Below are positions 1 to 14,288 of a DNA stretch of 64,000 bases, piece by piece. The notes below the pieces were generated by a model. It saw only the letters and a program-made list of their open reading frames with translations. It ran no database searches and was not told where the DNA came from. The translations under genes and the position numbers were made by a program. The stretch lies in the NCBI RefSeq assembly GCF_964355755.1, contig NC_092673.1:4960001-5024000 (forward strand), written 5' to 3'. The number at the start of each line of letters is the position of its first letter. Positions within the stretch are counted from its first letter, which is position 1. The stretch is from Antedon mediterranea. Lineage: Eukaryota; Animalia; Echinodermata.

Positions 1-406
1 ACAAATGTTTATGATAAAAGATAACGAAAAATAATGATCATATTGATAATTAAATATTAAAAATAGGAATGAGATGATAACAGGCATATTATATTGTTAA
101 AACGATAGTAAAAACCTATAACAATATAAAAAGTGTTCATGTTATATTTTGGTACCCTATTGTACACTTTACTTACTTTGAGTATCATTGCAAAATATAA
201 AAAAAATTATATACTTTAGATCATAACATTTGATATTAAACACACATTTAGTAGAATCCCTATTATGGAGACAACTTCAAACCTAAAAAAGTTAAATTAA
301 AAACATAAATATTTCCCCTTGTTTGTTCGAGGCCCCTTATGGTTCTATCGTGATAAATAGTAATAAATAGTAAGTTATTTTAATAATAAGGTTTTAAAAT
401 ACATAC

Positions 407-875
407 CTTTGTTATATGGATCGTGCATTTCTCTGATTGTTTGTGTATGGTAGTCTGCTCGATGGTATGGGTACAAAGGACCAGAAAATCCGTTGTTATA
501 ACTTAATGGAGAAGGAGACGTCATTGCCTGAGTTGGAGAAGTTAAAGCTGGTGATGGTAAAGACTGTTCGTAATAGGAATTTCTTTGGCAACTGTTCTGG
601 TACTGTATGCCTCCGGTGTTGGAGTAACTACCATTGAAATTAGCACTTGGCGGTAACGTTGGTGTTGGTCTTGCTGGGCCTAAGTTGTAGGCCTGACGTC
701 CAAGAATATTATCTATATAAAACGGCGTGTGTCCAACTGCCTGGTGGTGTGTGGCCTGTGCGATGCTCGGTTGCACTGGGGTGGGGGCTACGATAGAAGA
801 TACGGGGTTCATCATGAGGGGTCCCCCACCACATGATGCCGTCACGCTGGGTGGTGGGTATGGAATCGTCGACAT
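407..875 (-). CDS. Hhex: Hhex (Hex/PRH) homeobox gene, first coding exon; the homeodomain exons lie beyond the left edge of the window
   Basis: ATG at 875 (MSTIPYPPP...). Pro/Ser-rich N-terminus with TPFYIDNILG, matching the Hhex eh1/TN motif TPFYIEDILG. RPTPTLP and YPYHRADY..HDPYNKG match vertebrate HHEX RPTPTLP and YPFPR..DYTH..HDPLG. Phase-1 donor AAG|GTATGT at 407/406. The ORF-track N-terminal extension to 989 starts at a non-ATG codon. Confidence 0.9.
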
Positions 876-989
876 TATAAGCCTGGAAAATGCAAAGAAA
901 GAAAGATATACAAAAACCCAAGCGATCAATGCAAACTTCAAAATAGACTTGATACTGTATTGACCAAACGATTGACCAGTCCCAACCAA

Positions 990-1260
990 GTCAACTTTCT
1001 GTTTGAGAATAGACCTTTCTTCGCACTAGACTAATCAAGTGCATGTACTAACGGGAGTGGTTTAAACAAGAAAAGTTATTAATATGCATGAACACTGAGA
1101 ACCGTTTGCTATCCGGTGAATGGTTGAGCTTCGGAAAGTTTGTGAACACGTGATTGCGTGCTTGTCCAAATATGGGAATGTCTCCGCCCACTTGTTGATA
1201 TTATGTCGACCTTGGCTTTTTAGAGGCTAGAAAAAAATGTTAGCAATCGCTGATAATTGA
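990..1260 (-). promoter_or_regulatory. Candidate Hhex promoter / 5' region
   Basis: GC box (ctccgccc, about 1183), E-box CACGTG (about 1147) and raised GC content directly upstream of the Hhex ATG. Confidence 0.35.
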
Positions 1261-2591
1261 GAGGAACGAGTTGAAACAATGATAAACAAACAAACATACT
1301 AAATAATAGCAATTGAGAGGAAAATAGAATTTTTGATTGCGTAGGCCTAGTCGAGATTTAGGAGAGTGAGTAACGTATCATCACATCGTATTTTATTATG
1401 CAAGCGAATCGACGATTATTATTAAAATATAACATATATACAGTAACATTATTATAAAAGTTTTTTACAAACAAAAAAATGGCACGGATTCTCTGTAAAT
1501 TCTAGGCCTATATCTCCACACTTTGGCATAATTTGTTCAGTATTATAAGCAATACTATATAGTAAAGTGTCTTATATTATGTGTCATATAATAATGCTTT
1601 ATTATTATTTAATTTTTAATTGTTTTATATTATACCTTGATTAAGTAAGGCTTACTGTATAGCCTTTGATACAGGCATGTGATGCATATGTGATACTGTA
1701 TTAAAACACTTGGCCTATGATACTGTAAATCATATGATATAGTACCGTGAATCGGCTTAAATAGAATGTAACAAACAACTATATACAGTATTTATAATAT
1801 CGTTTTGTCAAAAATAGATCGATCAATTACAAGTGAAGACAGTTGTAATTAACATAACGACTGTCAATTAATTGTATTAGTGTCACACGCAGCACTATTT
1901 CGAGGATATTTTCTCAATTTCCGAATTATTACTGAATATTCGTGTGCTAATTTATCATTTAATGCATGGAGAAATAGTTAAGTAATTTATTTCTACGTGT
2001 TTAATGTAAGACATATTGTTCAGTTAAATGACAATTGCGTTTTTGACTGGAAAAAATTAGAGGCGCCGTGAAATACCACACCATTCATTACGAAGAGGAT
2101 ATAAAGCAAACATTGAATATCGAAGAACAACATTAGGCCTATAAAAAAAAAGTTTATAATATTTATTCGTCAAGTTAAAAAAGTACACAATTTGCCAGTA
2201 GTATGTAAGCCATGATTCCAAAGAGGATAACTGCTCTTTACTCGGATCGTTCACACAAATATAATATATTATACATAGAAAATAGCAACATTAAAAGAGT
2301 ACAGTATTTAACATTTATTTTCAATCTGGTATTATTCGTTGTAGACGCATGTTATATATACGATTTGAGCTAAACCTAACTTTATAAATAGAAAAATGAT
2401 AATTTTAAACTACTGTTATAAGAAATGTTTTTTTATTTATTTTTTTAAATCCTTAAATTTGATAGTGTTTATGTTTTAAAAAATATGCTCTTAAATTTAT
2501 TTCAAATAAATAAATAATTCTATTTATAGGCCTATATTATTTCATTTGAATATTAAATATGTTATGTGTTGTACTGTATGTATGTTTTATC

Positions 2592-2680
2592 GAGGGCCCT
2601 GAATGATCAGTTCTATTAATTAGGAAATGGATAGGCTACCCTCAGTAAAGATGGTAATAAATAAAATAAATAAATAAATA
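2592..2680 (+). mobile_element. 3' tail of a LINE/SINE (gggccct...ggctaccctc...(AATA)n)
   Basis: Resembles the 3' end of the SINE at 54366 (gggccct..cag...ggttaccc..taaata) and ends in a simple A-rich tail. Confidence 0.4.
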
Positions 2681-3086
2681 TAGATAGAAAATATGATGTA
2701 ATATTCATTTTTTTAAATGGTAATCTATTAAGATGATTAAAATATGTGTTCACGGAAAGGATAGATTTCCGTCAGTTTTCCTGGATTAACAAAATCCCAG
2801 ATAAAAAGACAATGGTAACAATTAATAGAAAAACAATTTAATCTTACGTTTTTACTTTATTGGGTTGTTACCATAAATGATTGATTGATTGATAGCTGCA
2901 AACATACGTCAGAAATACAATAGGCCAATAACAATGGCTGCCAATGTTAGATAACAATGGCTATACAATAAGAGCCGGGGTGGATCCCAAATTAAATAAG
3001 CAATGGCCATCAATCACAGAAACAATCTTTATGAGCATATTATAATTGGCATTTAATTTAAAATTTACGTATTTATTAATGTTATG

Positions 3087-3403
3087 AAATATTCAAAACA
3101 AATGGGTTTAAAATTATTATTTTTACAAATATTCTTACAAATAATAATGTTTACCAACAAAATAGATGAATAATAAATAAATGGTTTTTTTTTAACATAC
3201 CGATATTTTTTGATTATTTTCAGCTTAGTGAAATGTAACGAAATATTCAAAACAAATGGGTTTAGAAATAATTATTTTTACAAATATTTTTTTAAATAAT
3301 TATTTTTACCAATAAAATAGATGAAAAAAATTCTAAGAACACATTACTAATTGTCCACATAAAATACCGATATTGTTTGATTATTTTCATTTGGTGAAAT
3401 GTA
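3087..3403. repeat. Diverged tandem duplication, unit about 154 bp
   Basis: aaatattcaaaacaaatgggttta...taccgatatt..ttgattattttca...gtgaaatgta starts at about 3087 and about 3241. Confidence 0.8.
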
Positions 3404-6400
3404 GGCCTCCTATTATTCAGTTTAGGCTAAGTTGATTCAATATAAATATATAAAACTTTTGTACGTTCAAAATGTCTGTATTTAAAATAAGGTTAATAAC
3501 GAATAAGTAAAACTCTTCTTACTGGTAAATGGAATTTTCAATCCACTGAATTTTTTAATAATTGTAATTAAACTATATATTCTCTCTATAATAATAAGAA
3601 TAATATCGAAAAAGAAATATACCGATATTTTAAAGTGGAAATAGCAACAATCTGAGAGTATATTGTTATCTTTAATTGTATTTACATATTTATATATTAT
3701 TATTATTACAGTTCAAATTATGCATTATATTCAGTTTAACGGTTGTTATCACTAATGAGGTTTATATTTGTTTTTATTAGTTATTAACATCTATATTATG
3801 TATATAATTGTTAGTATTTATTGCCTATTTGGTTGAAAAATTCAATATATTATTGCAACATATTAGTTGGTGTATGATTATATCAATGATGTTTATTATT
3901 ATTAATTTATTTGTTTACTGCTTTGAATATAGATATCATGTTTAGTTTATCGAATAATGCAGATCCAAATCAAAAATATTATCCTAAATACTACCTATGT
4001 TTTTATCTTATAGAATGGACATTCTGATTTTCTCTTCTGGTTTACAGATGCTCTAAGTATTCTATAAAAATGTTCGTATTCTGATCGTACGAAGGTTTTT
4101 TTTTTTCAAATATGAAACCCGTTCTTTTCTTCATTTAGCATTTTAGCTGGCGGTGTTTTACGTTTGTTCTACCAAATATTTATCGATATTAAAATATCCA
4201 CTAAATAATTTCGTTAAAATAAAATTTCGCTTTTCTTCCAACCCGCTTTTATATTAAAGTCACAGTCACAGTTTAGTGTTAAAGTAACTAAGCAGGTACA
4301 TTAAATGGTCTAACATTTAACTTTATATTTATAGTAAAATAGGATAAACTCATTACCCGCGCAAACAAACACAAAGCACAATATTATGTTAAAATTTAAG
4401 TGCGGAAAGTTGATGTTAACATTATAAATAATGTTAGCCCAGTTGAACGATAATAGTCCACAGGGTAGTCATGTGTAATGGAATCTTCTTTTTAACTACG
4501 GAACATGTTAATTACGCATCAATATAAATCAGTGTCGTCATAGATTAAAAATCGTTTGAGTGCTTATCTTCCAGACCTGGCAACCAGGCACAGGACGTAG
4601 AGGAACAAGTTAGCTATATAACACCGTATTAGTAAATTGCTACTAGAAAGTAAATGGATTGCATAAATCATCCTGTTTAAGATAAAATCGATTGTGTTGT
4701 TTCTGTCATTACTGATTTGACAAACGGGTGAAGAAAGGAAATGATACCTCTGTTAAAAGCTTCGTGATACGATAATAGAGAACTGAGTATTTTAAAGGAA
4801 GCATCGGGTTTTTTCAAATGTAATAGCGGAAATTTGCGATTTCTGATAGGAATACCGCGAGAAAACGGAAACTACTCCAGTGGCCTGCCCTTGAAAGTGT
4901 TTTTTTTTTTTAAATGTTTCCCATTTGTCAATGGCATATCATCTCTTTAACTGTAGTGTATTTATTCTTACCTATACTAATCAACGCATAATTACTTCCT
5001 ACTAAATTGAAAAGTTACAATCTTTAGAATTTATTTTCCTCCTAGCAGTGATTCTATTCCGTCAGCAAGATACTTTAAGAAGAGCTGTTCAAAGTTGAGC
5101 TTGTAAGCTTGTGCTTAAACAGGGTAACGTAAAGCTAACACAGGAAAGAAACGTAGTTTGGCCTTGAAGAAGGACTTAGCAACGCGCTATATTGTCGCCT
5201 AGGCTCTGATTCAAACAGGATATATTGGCGGCAATTGGCGGCTATTCAGCAATTATTACTAAGCTTCCAATCATTGAAACCCCAGAGACAAGCAGCGCAA
5301 GTTAGGACAACCAGTCCTCCAAGTCAAAACGGACTCCATGACTACGTAGAAATTACAACCACTCCCTGACTAATTCTAGACTCTCACGCACAGGCCGTTG
5401 AGGGAGGCAAGGCACTGGACTTCTGGGTCTTATATGACGTTTCCTTCAGTATAAAAAGTCTGGAGTTTCACTGGCGACAGTAAGCCTGGAATAAAACCTT
5501 GAGAAACATAACTAGAGCCTCTTCGATCTGTACATAGAGAGTGAAAAAGTGCAAAGAACAAGTCAAGGAGATATATAAATGCAAATCATTCCATTTCATG
5601 ATTAGCGAGTATGATTAATAGTTATTTCTCAATAGGGTAATGTTATGTCGCCAAAGCGTCAAAACCAAGCAAATTTCTGTACAGTTTCTAGTGGGATGTA
5701 ATTTCTGCATACACGCTACGTCCGATCTGTACGTAGAAAACGAACTAGTAATGGGACATCTGCTTATCATAGTTCATATCGCGTGAGTGGATAACATCAC
5801 ATAGAGTATATTCGTTTAAAATTATATTCCCTAAAGACCCCTAGCACATGATTATAGTATATAGACTGTACGAGACGAAATGCAACACATAGCATCGTAT
5901 CTGACAGTACATCTAAAAATGTCATGAAAACAATTTTTAGCAAGTTTAATTCGCAAACACATAATGAGGCTCTTAAAATTCGTGTCAAACCGCCTAATCA
6001 ATTGATCCGATAAAAGGACTCTTTTATTTTCTCTTTCTCTGCTTATAATTTAAAAGTAGAACTATGCGGAAATTTCGAATCATATTAATTAGTCAATATT
6101 CGAATCATCTCTCTAGATTGCCTACTTAAAACGGTGGACCTTAATGCCAACAAGCAACCGTAAACCGCAGTGAGTTATAATACATTAACAGCGTACTTAA
6201 TTACCAAACATATAAGTTTCTTTTTCCAGTGTAAATGTTAGAATATGATAAAATTAATACACGTAATATTAATTAGAAAACAGTATTTAATAACATTAAT
6301 TAAGATTTAATTAATATTGGCTGCTCCGAATAATTTAACTTGTACTTACCAATCTTTATCAAAGTTTTAACATTGGTAATTGAAGCGCGTAGCTGATTGG

Positions 6401-7866
6401 TGGAATGTTACTGGCCAATCACATTCGCTTATGAAACAATGCGCGTATTGATAATTAACTATACGAGATAGCGATTGGTTAGAATATTTACATGTTCCAA
6501 TGTTGTTTATTTTTGTGTTTCGTTGACAATTTAGGACATTTTAATTTTTTACGGTATGTTTTGACGTCAACAATATTTTTTATATGTGCCTAGCCATGCT
6601 GATTATCAGCCTGTGTATTAAAATGAGTCTATAATTCCATTCGTACAGTATGGAAACTGTTTTTATCGATATAAACACTAGAAGAAGCGTTCATATTACT
6701 GTGTTATTATAGGTCCTAATTGAATCGTTCTCTCTTGTCTTGACACACGTACGGGCGTATTTATCGACTTATGAATAGTAATAAAAAAATACATTAATTA
6801 TTGCTATCTTGCGTTGATTGGTTAAACCGTCAAAACAAATTGGCATACATCAGTTTGGTAGTTTCAAGAAGATAGTTGCTTAATACGTATTTTATTAACA
6901 CTTCCTTCATTTAGATTATTATCTTATGTTAAGTCACTTCATTTAATAGAAACCAGGAAGCTCTTCGTACAACTGCGGTATGGTACTTGAAAGAGAACAA
7001 GAAAAACCTGTTGGAGCGGTGAAAATTTACTGATTAAGTAGCCAAGTATGAGCCGTAGTTTGCGATGAAAGACAGCTTGTACAGTTTAATAAATCAGCCG
7101 ACGAACAATATGATATTAAAGATACTATTATTATACATAAAAACAGCGCGTGTCTGCAACAAAAACGTTGGTATGGAGCTTTCGTTGAGGGTACGCAGAC
7201 AGATACAAGTCCCCCCATGTATCAGAACCCCTCATTTGGAACACTCCTATTTAGGGTACACATCTTGCAAAACGAACGTGGGAAGTGTATAGTTCTATTT
7301 CAACTCTGTGACAAACCCTATTCAGCGGATATCCCATCCCACACTTAGTTGGGTTCCGAAAATGTCTTAACAAAGGTTCTTCCATATCAGCATCATTTGT
7401 ACGCAAGATGTACCTTTTCATTGTGTCACTACAATTAGTGCGCGAGCACGTGCAAAATTACGTAAATTATACGCAAACGTCACCGACGATGTTCCAAAAA
7501 TGCTTAGGCCTATAAATACAAATATCGAATTAACTGTATCAGATTACTCATTAAAGCGGTAATTTAACAGAAAGATAAAATATATAATTTTTAAATGTTT
7601 GTTTTTAGATTAAAAGAACTAGCAATGACTGTTTTAGTTTAAACTTGCACGCTCGGATAGGCTCTGACATGGCAGAGTGCAGGTATAAACTTACACAGGA
7701 AAAATTCATCGGAAACCGGTCCTTCGCTTGGCATCCGTGCGTGACGCTACAAGCAATGCCCTTAATTAGACAAATCATACACAGATTCAACATTATTGTT
7801 TTGACAAGTCAACTATTAGAAACATACATATTTGAAGTTGAACTTGTGTTATATTAGTCTGCATAC

Positions 7867-8247
7867 TATACGCAGGCAAATTCAATTTTATGACCTAGAT
7901 GTTATCATCCAATATTTAGGCTACGTGTGCGCGTTTATAAAAAGGCCGTACTGGAATATCACGTGCACATGTATATAATGATGACCACGTGTGCATTAAA
8001 AATAGAGTTTAAATGTGTTTACCGTATTGCTACGTTCCTTCTAAATTTTAACTTCTAATTTATAGGTCCATGGTATAGGCTTACGCAGGCAAATATAATG
8101 AGCAATGTATGACCTAAAGGATACTATCACCCAATATTTACACTACGTGCGCGTTTATAAAAGACACCGGAATATTACGTGCACATTTATATAATGATGA
8201 CCACGTGCGTGATAAAAATAAAGTTTAAATGTGTTTACCCTATTGCT
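7867..8247. repeat. Diverged tandem duplication, unit about 213 bp
   Basis: tacgcaggcaaat...gcgcgtttataaaa...acgtgcacat.tatataatgatgaccacgtg...agtttaaatgtgtttacc.tattgct occurs twice. Confidence 0.85.
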
Positions 8248-10540
8248 CGTTTTGTTTTTTTGTTTTTATTATTTTAAAATCGTATTTTTTACAATATTCT
8301 TGTTTTTTTTGTGTAATTTCCTGCTCTTTGCTGTTTCTTGTATTTTTCAGTTATTTGTTTTGTAATGGTTGATTCTTTTTTGTAATTAATTTTATTTTAA
8401 ATTTACATAGTGGCCTAACGTCTTATAATTCGTAATATTCGTTCATATTAATCTCTTTATCTTTTATTTAAGTTGTAAATTCTTAAGGAAAGTATTCGAC
8501 CTAGACTTTAATTCCGGACAATGAGTGCCAATGGGTTCCATGACATGGGTCAAGAAAACCCATTAATCCCATACAGTTTATATTGTCAAGTCATATTGTT
8601 TAAGATATCAGTTTTTTTCGTTCATTGTATTTTGATGGTTTTAATGATGGCGATGATAATACTATTTAGTTTAATCTAACGGAAGTGAACTGCTTGACCA
8701 ATTGGCGCCATCTGAATCTCCTGTAGAATTAGGATATTTTTTTAGACTAACAATACCTCCACTCGAATAAAAAGCGAATAAAAAGCAAACAAAAGTCCCC
8801 TTTTTAAATCACCATTTATCCACACTATTTCTAAAAAGTTGACAAACAAAGTAATAGTTTAGTCATAATATAAGTTAGTTAGTTAGTAATATATTGTCAC
8901 GGATCAAAAGTTTTTCCGCGTTGGTGTTATTGAATCGGTTGGTGGCGTGCGTTGGAATGTAATCTAATTTACATACCATGAGTCTCTCTTGTAGTATGGG
9001 CGCGTCGGGAGACATTGTATAAACGTTTTTAAAGTTATAATCTAAGATTGAAAGGTTTGGTAGATATTAAAATTATTCTATCTCGATGTTATATGTATAT
9101 TGATAGCACCGATAATATTGTAAATCTGTGGGTTGAAGCTAACACAACCAATAACATACTCTCAAACCGGACCATGACAGAATAATAAATGGCACCACCG
9201 GATTGTACTATTATAGTCTGACGTCATAAAACCGAATCGTACGTGTGTCGGAAACGCAGGGCGCCGAGTGACTACGAAGGCCAGATGTGGGATTCCTTTG
9301 CGTGGTAAAGAAGGACATTGTTGGTTTTTACAATGTACCCATAAATACCACCTTTTCACCATGACATCGTATATCCGTAATAGGACTATAAAACGAATTT
9401 GGCCTAATTACATTTTTCGAAATGTGGTATTACATTATTTAATTTTTCGACAATTTTAAACATGCTAGTGATTTGGAGGTCGTGGGGTCAAATCTGGCCC
9501 GAAAATTATTTGCGATTATTCGAATATGCACTATAGTATAAAGTAGGGCCTAACAATGACGTAAAATGGGCAAACATCAATTATTAGACGCCTTTAAACA
9601 AAGTGTGTTCTGATAAGCACAATTACTCATAATTGGTGTAATAAAAACCCAGACTTTCCGTACCGATACAAATTAAGGTCGTAACTTAACTAGGTCATTA
9701 AAATTTAATTGAAAACCAATATCCATGTATTAAATTATATAATACATTTATTAGGCTTTTAATTTTGCGGTTGATTGCCTACTTCAAAACGATCTGCATG
9801 CCATTTTGAAATGTTGATTATCAACCGAATGTAATATTATTAGATAATAAAGGTATATTAATCTTTCTTTGATTTTTATGTTATTTCCTTTATAGGGTAT
9901 ATCATTCTCATCAGTCGAACCATCTATTATTCTTGACGGACAATTGACGACAATTCAACTTAATAATACAATAGACAAACGAATACGGAGGTAAGATCAT
10001 AATGTATGAATTATTCACCCAATTCTCGGTGCTGTATCTCCACATCTCTCCAGTATCATAGGAAAATTCCGACATACAGCGTCTCATGTGATGTGATATC
10101 ACGAAATTTGCCGCTATTGGAAATTAATTGATACAGAACCAATAATCGCCGAAATTGAATTAAAAAATTACTGCAAAGTTCCAAGAAAGAGAAAATATCT
10201 TAAACTTTGCATGCTGCTGTCAACTAATTCAAACGCAGGAGCTTTTGGCATAAACATAAATATATTAGTGAACTATAATATCTCTATACAAAGAAATACA
10301 CGAATTTACAATACAATTGTATTGATATTGAATATAATCGTATTGGAAACCAACAGTTTTACTAATTATTTTGGTTTTATTTTCAAACCTATCATTACTT
10401 CGGCCCATGTATAATATAATACAACATTTGGCCTAAACATATCATGTTCGATTGTCGACCATCCAAGTATGATTAATGAATATTAACTTCCTATAACACA
10501 GATGCTATTGGCTGAAATGTACAATAAGAATGATTGAATT

Positions 10541-10958
10541 AGACAAGGAATTAAACTATTTAAACCACCATCAAATCGTATGGTTCTGGCAATAGTGATT
10601 GAAATAATTATTGAAATATACAGTAAACCACAATTACGATTAGTTGCATTATTGATTGAAATATGTATTGAAATAATGATTGAAAAAGTACATGAAATAA
10701 ACAAGGAATTAAACTATTTAAACCAACAAATCATATGGTTCTGGAAATAGGGATTGAAATAATGATTGAAATATACAGTAAACTACGATTACGATTAGTT
10801 GCATTATCGATTAACATATTTATTGCAATAATGACTGGAAAAGTAAATAAAATAGACAAGGAATTAACCTATATAAAACACCAACGATTAGTATTTTGGC
10901 ATTAGTGAATGAAATAGGTAGTTTTTAAATCATAAACAAATAGAGTTTTCTGACAATA
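10541..10958. repeat. About 157-bp tandem repeat (2 full copies plus a partial) preceding the 12-bp minisatellite
   Basis: a(g/a)acaaggaattaa.cta at 10541, 10699 and 10854; a further unit start at 11791. Confidence 0.8.
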
Positions 10959-11790
10959 TTGATTGAAATAGTGATTGAAAGAACTATTGAAAGAATGATT
11001 GAAAGAATGATTGAAATAGTGATTGAAATAGTGATTGAAATAGTGATTGAAAGAATGATTGAAATAGTGATTGAAATAGTGATTGAAAGAATGATTGAAA
11101 TAGCGATTCAAATAGTGATTCAAATAGTGATTGAGAGAAAGATTGAAATAATGATTGAAATAATGATTGAAATAGTGATTGAAATCTTGATTAAAATAGT
11201 GATTGAGATAATGATTGAAATAGTTATTGAATTAATGATTTGAATAATGATAAGAATGATTGAAATAGTGATTGAAAGAATGATTGAAATAGTGATTGAA
11301 ATATTGATTGAAATAGTGATTGAAAGAATAATTAAAAGAATGATTGAAATAGTGATTGAAATAGTGATTGAAAGAATGATTGAAATAGTGATTGAAAAGG
11401 TGATTGAAAGAATGATTGAAATAATGATTGAAATAATGATTGAAATAATGAGTGAAATAGTGGTTGAAATAGTGATTGAAATAGTTATTAAAATAGTTAT
11501 TGAAATAGTGATTGAAAGAATGATTGAAATAATGAGGGAAATAGTGATTGAAATAGTGATTGAAATAGTAATTAAAATTATGATTGAAATAATGATTGAA
11601 ATAGTGATTGAAATCATGATTGAAATAGTGATTGAGATAATGATTTGAATAATGATTGGAATGATTGAATTAATGATTGAATTGTGATTGAAATAGGGAT
11701 TGAAATAGTGATTGAAATAGTGATTAAAAGAATGATTGAAATAGTGAGTGAAATAATGATTGAAATAGTGTTTGAAATAGTTATTGAAAT
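10959..11790. repeat. 12-bp minisatellite (GATTGAAATAGT / GATTGAAAGAAT / GATTGAAATAAT), about 69 units
   Basis: Direct 12-bp periodicity; it produces the spurious IEIV/ITIS/FNHY ORFs. Confidence 0.97.
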
Positions 11791-13313
11791 AGACAAGGAA
11801 GTAAACTATATTATAAATAGTATATGGTTCTGGCAATTGATGTTGAACGAGATAAACATTAATAACGAGCTTTCGATTTTGGAACGACATGACCAGGATA
11901 AACAGAGAACATGTGACGAGTATTTCAGGGTCACTGTATTTTTTTTACAGGGACATGCGGCGACCTATCAGTTTCGGAAGGTGTAAATTAAAACGAGAAA
12001 ATGGTGTTTTTTTTTATGAAACTGAAAATGTCTTTCTTCTTTGATGAAACAACATTGAGTTAGTGGAATTTATTCCCCGATAATAAATTTTGGAGTAAAA
12101 CTCTAGTGGCAGACGGACCACTGCTAAAATAAAAAAAAAACAATTCATATTTCATTCATTCGTATTTACAAACACCAAAAGTGCCCATTTTCGTTTTGTT
12201 TATCATGCTGAAATTTTCGATTATATTCGAATACGATTATGATATTAATAATGATAACGATTATTATGGTAATTGGTCAGATGTTTTTGCCCTACTCTGA
12301 CGTAATTCTCGGGTGGGACTATTATGGTATTAATATCGAAATTGGGTGACCGTTGACCAATACGGTACATTATTAATGAGAATTATTTATATTGTATCTT
12401 TCATCGCAGGAACAAGAGAGATTGGAAAGTTGAAGTGGGCATCTAGTGTTCCATAATTGGCAATTAATTGGTCCTTGGAATTAATCTCATTTTATACCTT
12501 ACCAACCTAGCTACTTTGTCGAAAACAATGAAAGGAAAACAATTCGGAAAATAATATGTCATCTTTATCTAAAAATAGATTTTAAAATCTTTGAAGGAAG
12601 TGCTCTCAATAATTACGTAATATTCCTAAAAATAGAATGCCTAAATGAATGGTCAGATAGCCACCATATAATCATAATATTCTCTGATTTAGCATATAAT
12701 TATATACTTTAATATTTCCTTTGAACCTGTGATGATAAATGTCTATGTTTTACTTTAATTACTTTTAAACCATGTAAATGCATGGACCATTTTGAAAAGC
12801 TTTACTTATACGTTACTAAAAATGAAATCTATATAAAAAAATAACTACCTTTCGCGTTTTTGTTATTGACCTTACTGCTTTAACTCACCCGCGTGCGTGC
12901 AACGACTTCTTGCGCGAGTTACAATAGTTATGATATGGTATATCATTGATCATATTTCACATATTTTGCATTCATATTTATAGTGAAGTTTCAGTATTTC
13001 CTTTCATTGATTGACACCTATAATTGAAATCATGGTTTAAAATACATGCAGAGGAAATTTAGTTGATTATAGTCAACAATCGCACGCGATGATGCCAGCA
13101 TATTTCGGTACAATGTCTATAGAATTTGATGAATTACAGATTTTTCTTAAATAAAATCATAAAGTCATGTTGTTTTTATTTTGTTTTTATTGTAGACTAA
13201 TGTTCTTATCAAACGCAAAAAACCCACGCATGAGGAACTTAAGAGTGACCGAAATCTCTCAATATCTACACAGTTCGACACAAATATACGGTACGGTAGA
13301 ATTTTACAGCTAA

Positions 13314-13498
13314 AGCTTGGTTCCCACTAGCGACGCAACGTAACGCAACCTACGCAACGTAAGAAAATGCCCTTTAAATAATTGTGTTTTCCCCCGCCTC
13401 CTGCGTGAAATCAAAAAGCGGCAGCACTATTGCGTCGTCGGTTCCCACTTGTGATTACGCAATACGTCACTGCGTCGCGTTCTAGTGGGAACCACGCT
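13314..13498. mobile_element. MITE family A (PIF/Harbinger-like), full copy with TAA target-site duplication
   Basis: TAA|AGCTTGGTTCCCACTAG...CTAGTGGGAACCACGCT|TAA; 3-bp TWA TSDs are typical of PIF/Harbinger. Confidence 0.8.
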
Positions 13499-14137
13499 TA
13501 AATACAATTTTATTACCTTGTGGTTAAAAAAAATAAATTATAAACCTCATTTATAGAAAATGTTAAATACATTGTCATGAATACTGACTATATTTTAGTT
13601 AATTATTCTTTGTCTACCTCTAAACTGTTGAAAGTTTACATAGGCCTACGTGATCCAGTTATCTGAATGAGATTATCATTTGGTATATATTCGGACTATC
13701 AAATACATCTTTGAACCTACAGTATAAGCTGAATTGATATGTTGTTAAACAAATTAACAAAGTGACAGGTCTAGTGACGTGTATAAATTAGTTTTTCGAA
13801 ATTATGAAATAGGCCTACCTTAAATCTGGGTTAGTTAGTGAGAGTAGTATTTGTGTGGGTGCCTTTGTCTAGGCTTTTAGAAATAATAACACGTCATACA
13901 GCCACCTTTTCGAGTCATTAATTCATAGAAGATATACATTTCTTTTGTTTAACCTAAACTAAACATCATTCGAAATTAAAGCCGTTGGTTTTCTTTTAAT
14001 GTAAGCCTAAATAGGCCTGTAGATAGAGGAAACATCATTGAAAATGTAGGCATATATCGTTCTTAATAGGCCTATAGTTTCTGGAATTTAGATTGGCAAA
14101 ATGACGATTTTTATTTATTTATGCTGGAAAAATTTAC

Positions 14138-14288
14138 TGCACTATCAAACCTGTTTGACAAAAAAAGTGTGATATGCCCAAATATGGTAGTTATATACTC
14201 AAATATGGTAGTGATATGACATCATCATTCCATATATGGACACATTACATTTTGTTGTCACATAAAGTTTGAGAGTGGAGATAAAGCT
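14138..14288 (+). mobile_element. MITE family B, degenerate copy with 2 internal 21-bp units
   Basis: cactatcaaac..gtttgacaaaaaaagtgtgatatgcccaaatatggta...cataaagtttgagagtggagataaagct; homologous to the copies at 46237 and 60169. Confidence 0.75.

Noticed and set aside
876-989. Hydrophobic N-terminal extension of Hhex (apparent TM segment)
   Set aside because: The ORF-track start is a non-ATG codon; the first ATG is at 875 and Hhex proteins have no TM segment. Likely 5' UTR.
4850-5600. GC-balanced stretch resembling decayed coding sequence
   Set aside because: No sustained frame or recognisable motif; possibly an old transposon, but unsupported without a search.
10902-11986. Long Ile-rich / FNHY ORFs up to 256 aa
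   Set aside because: By-products of the 12-bp minisatellite lacking stops in some frames.
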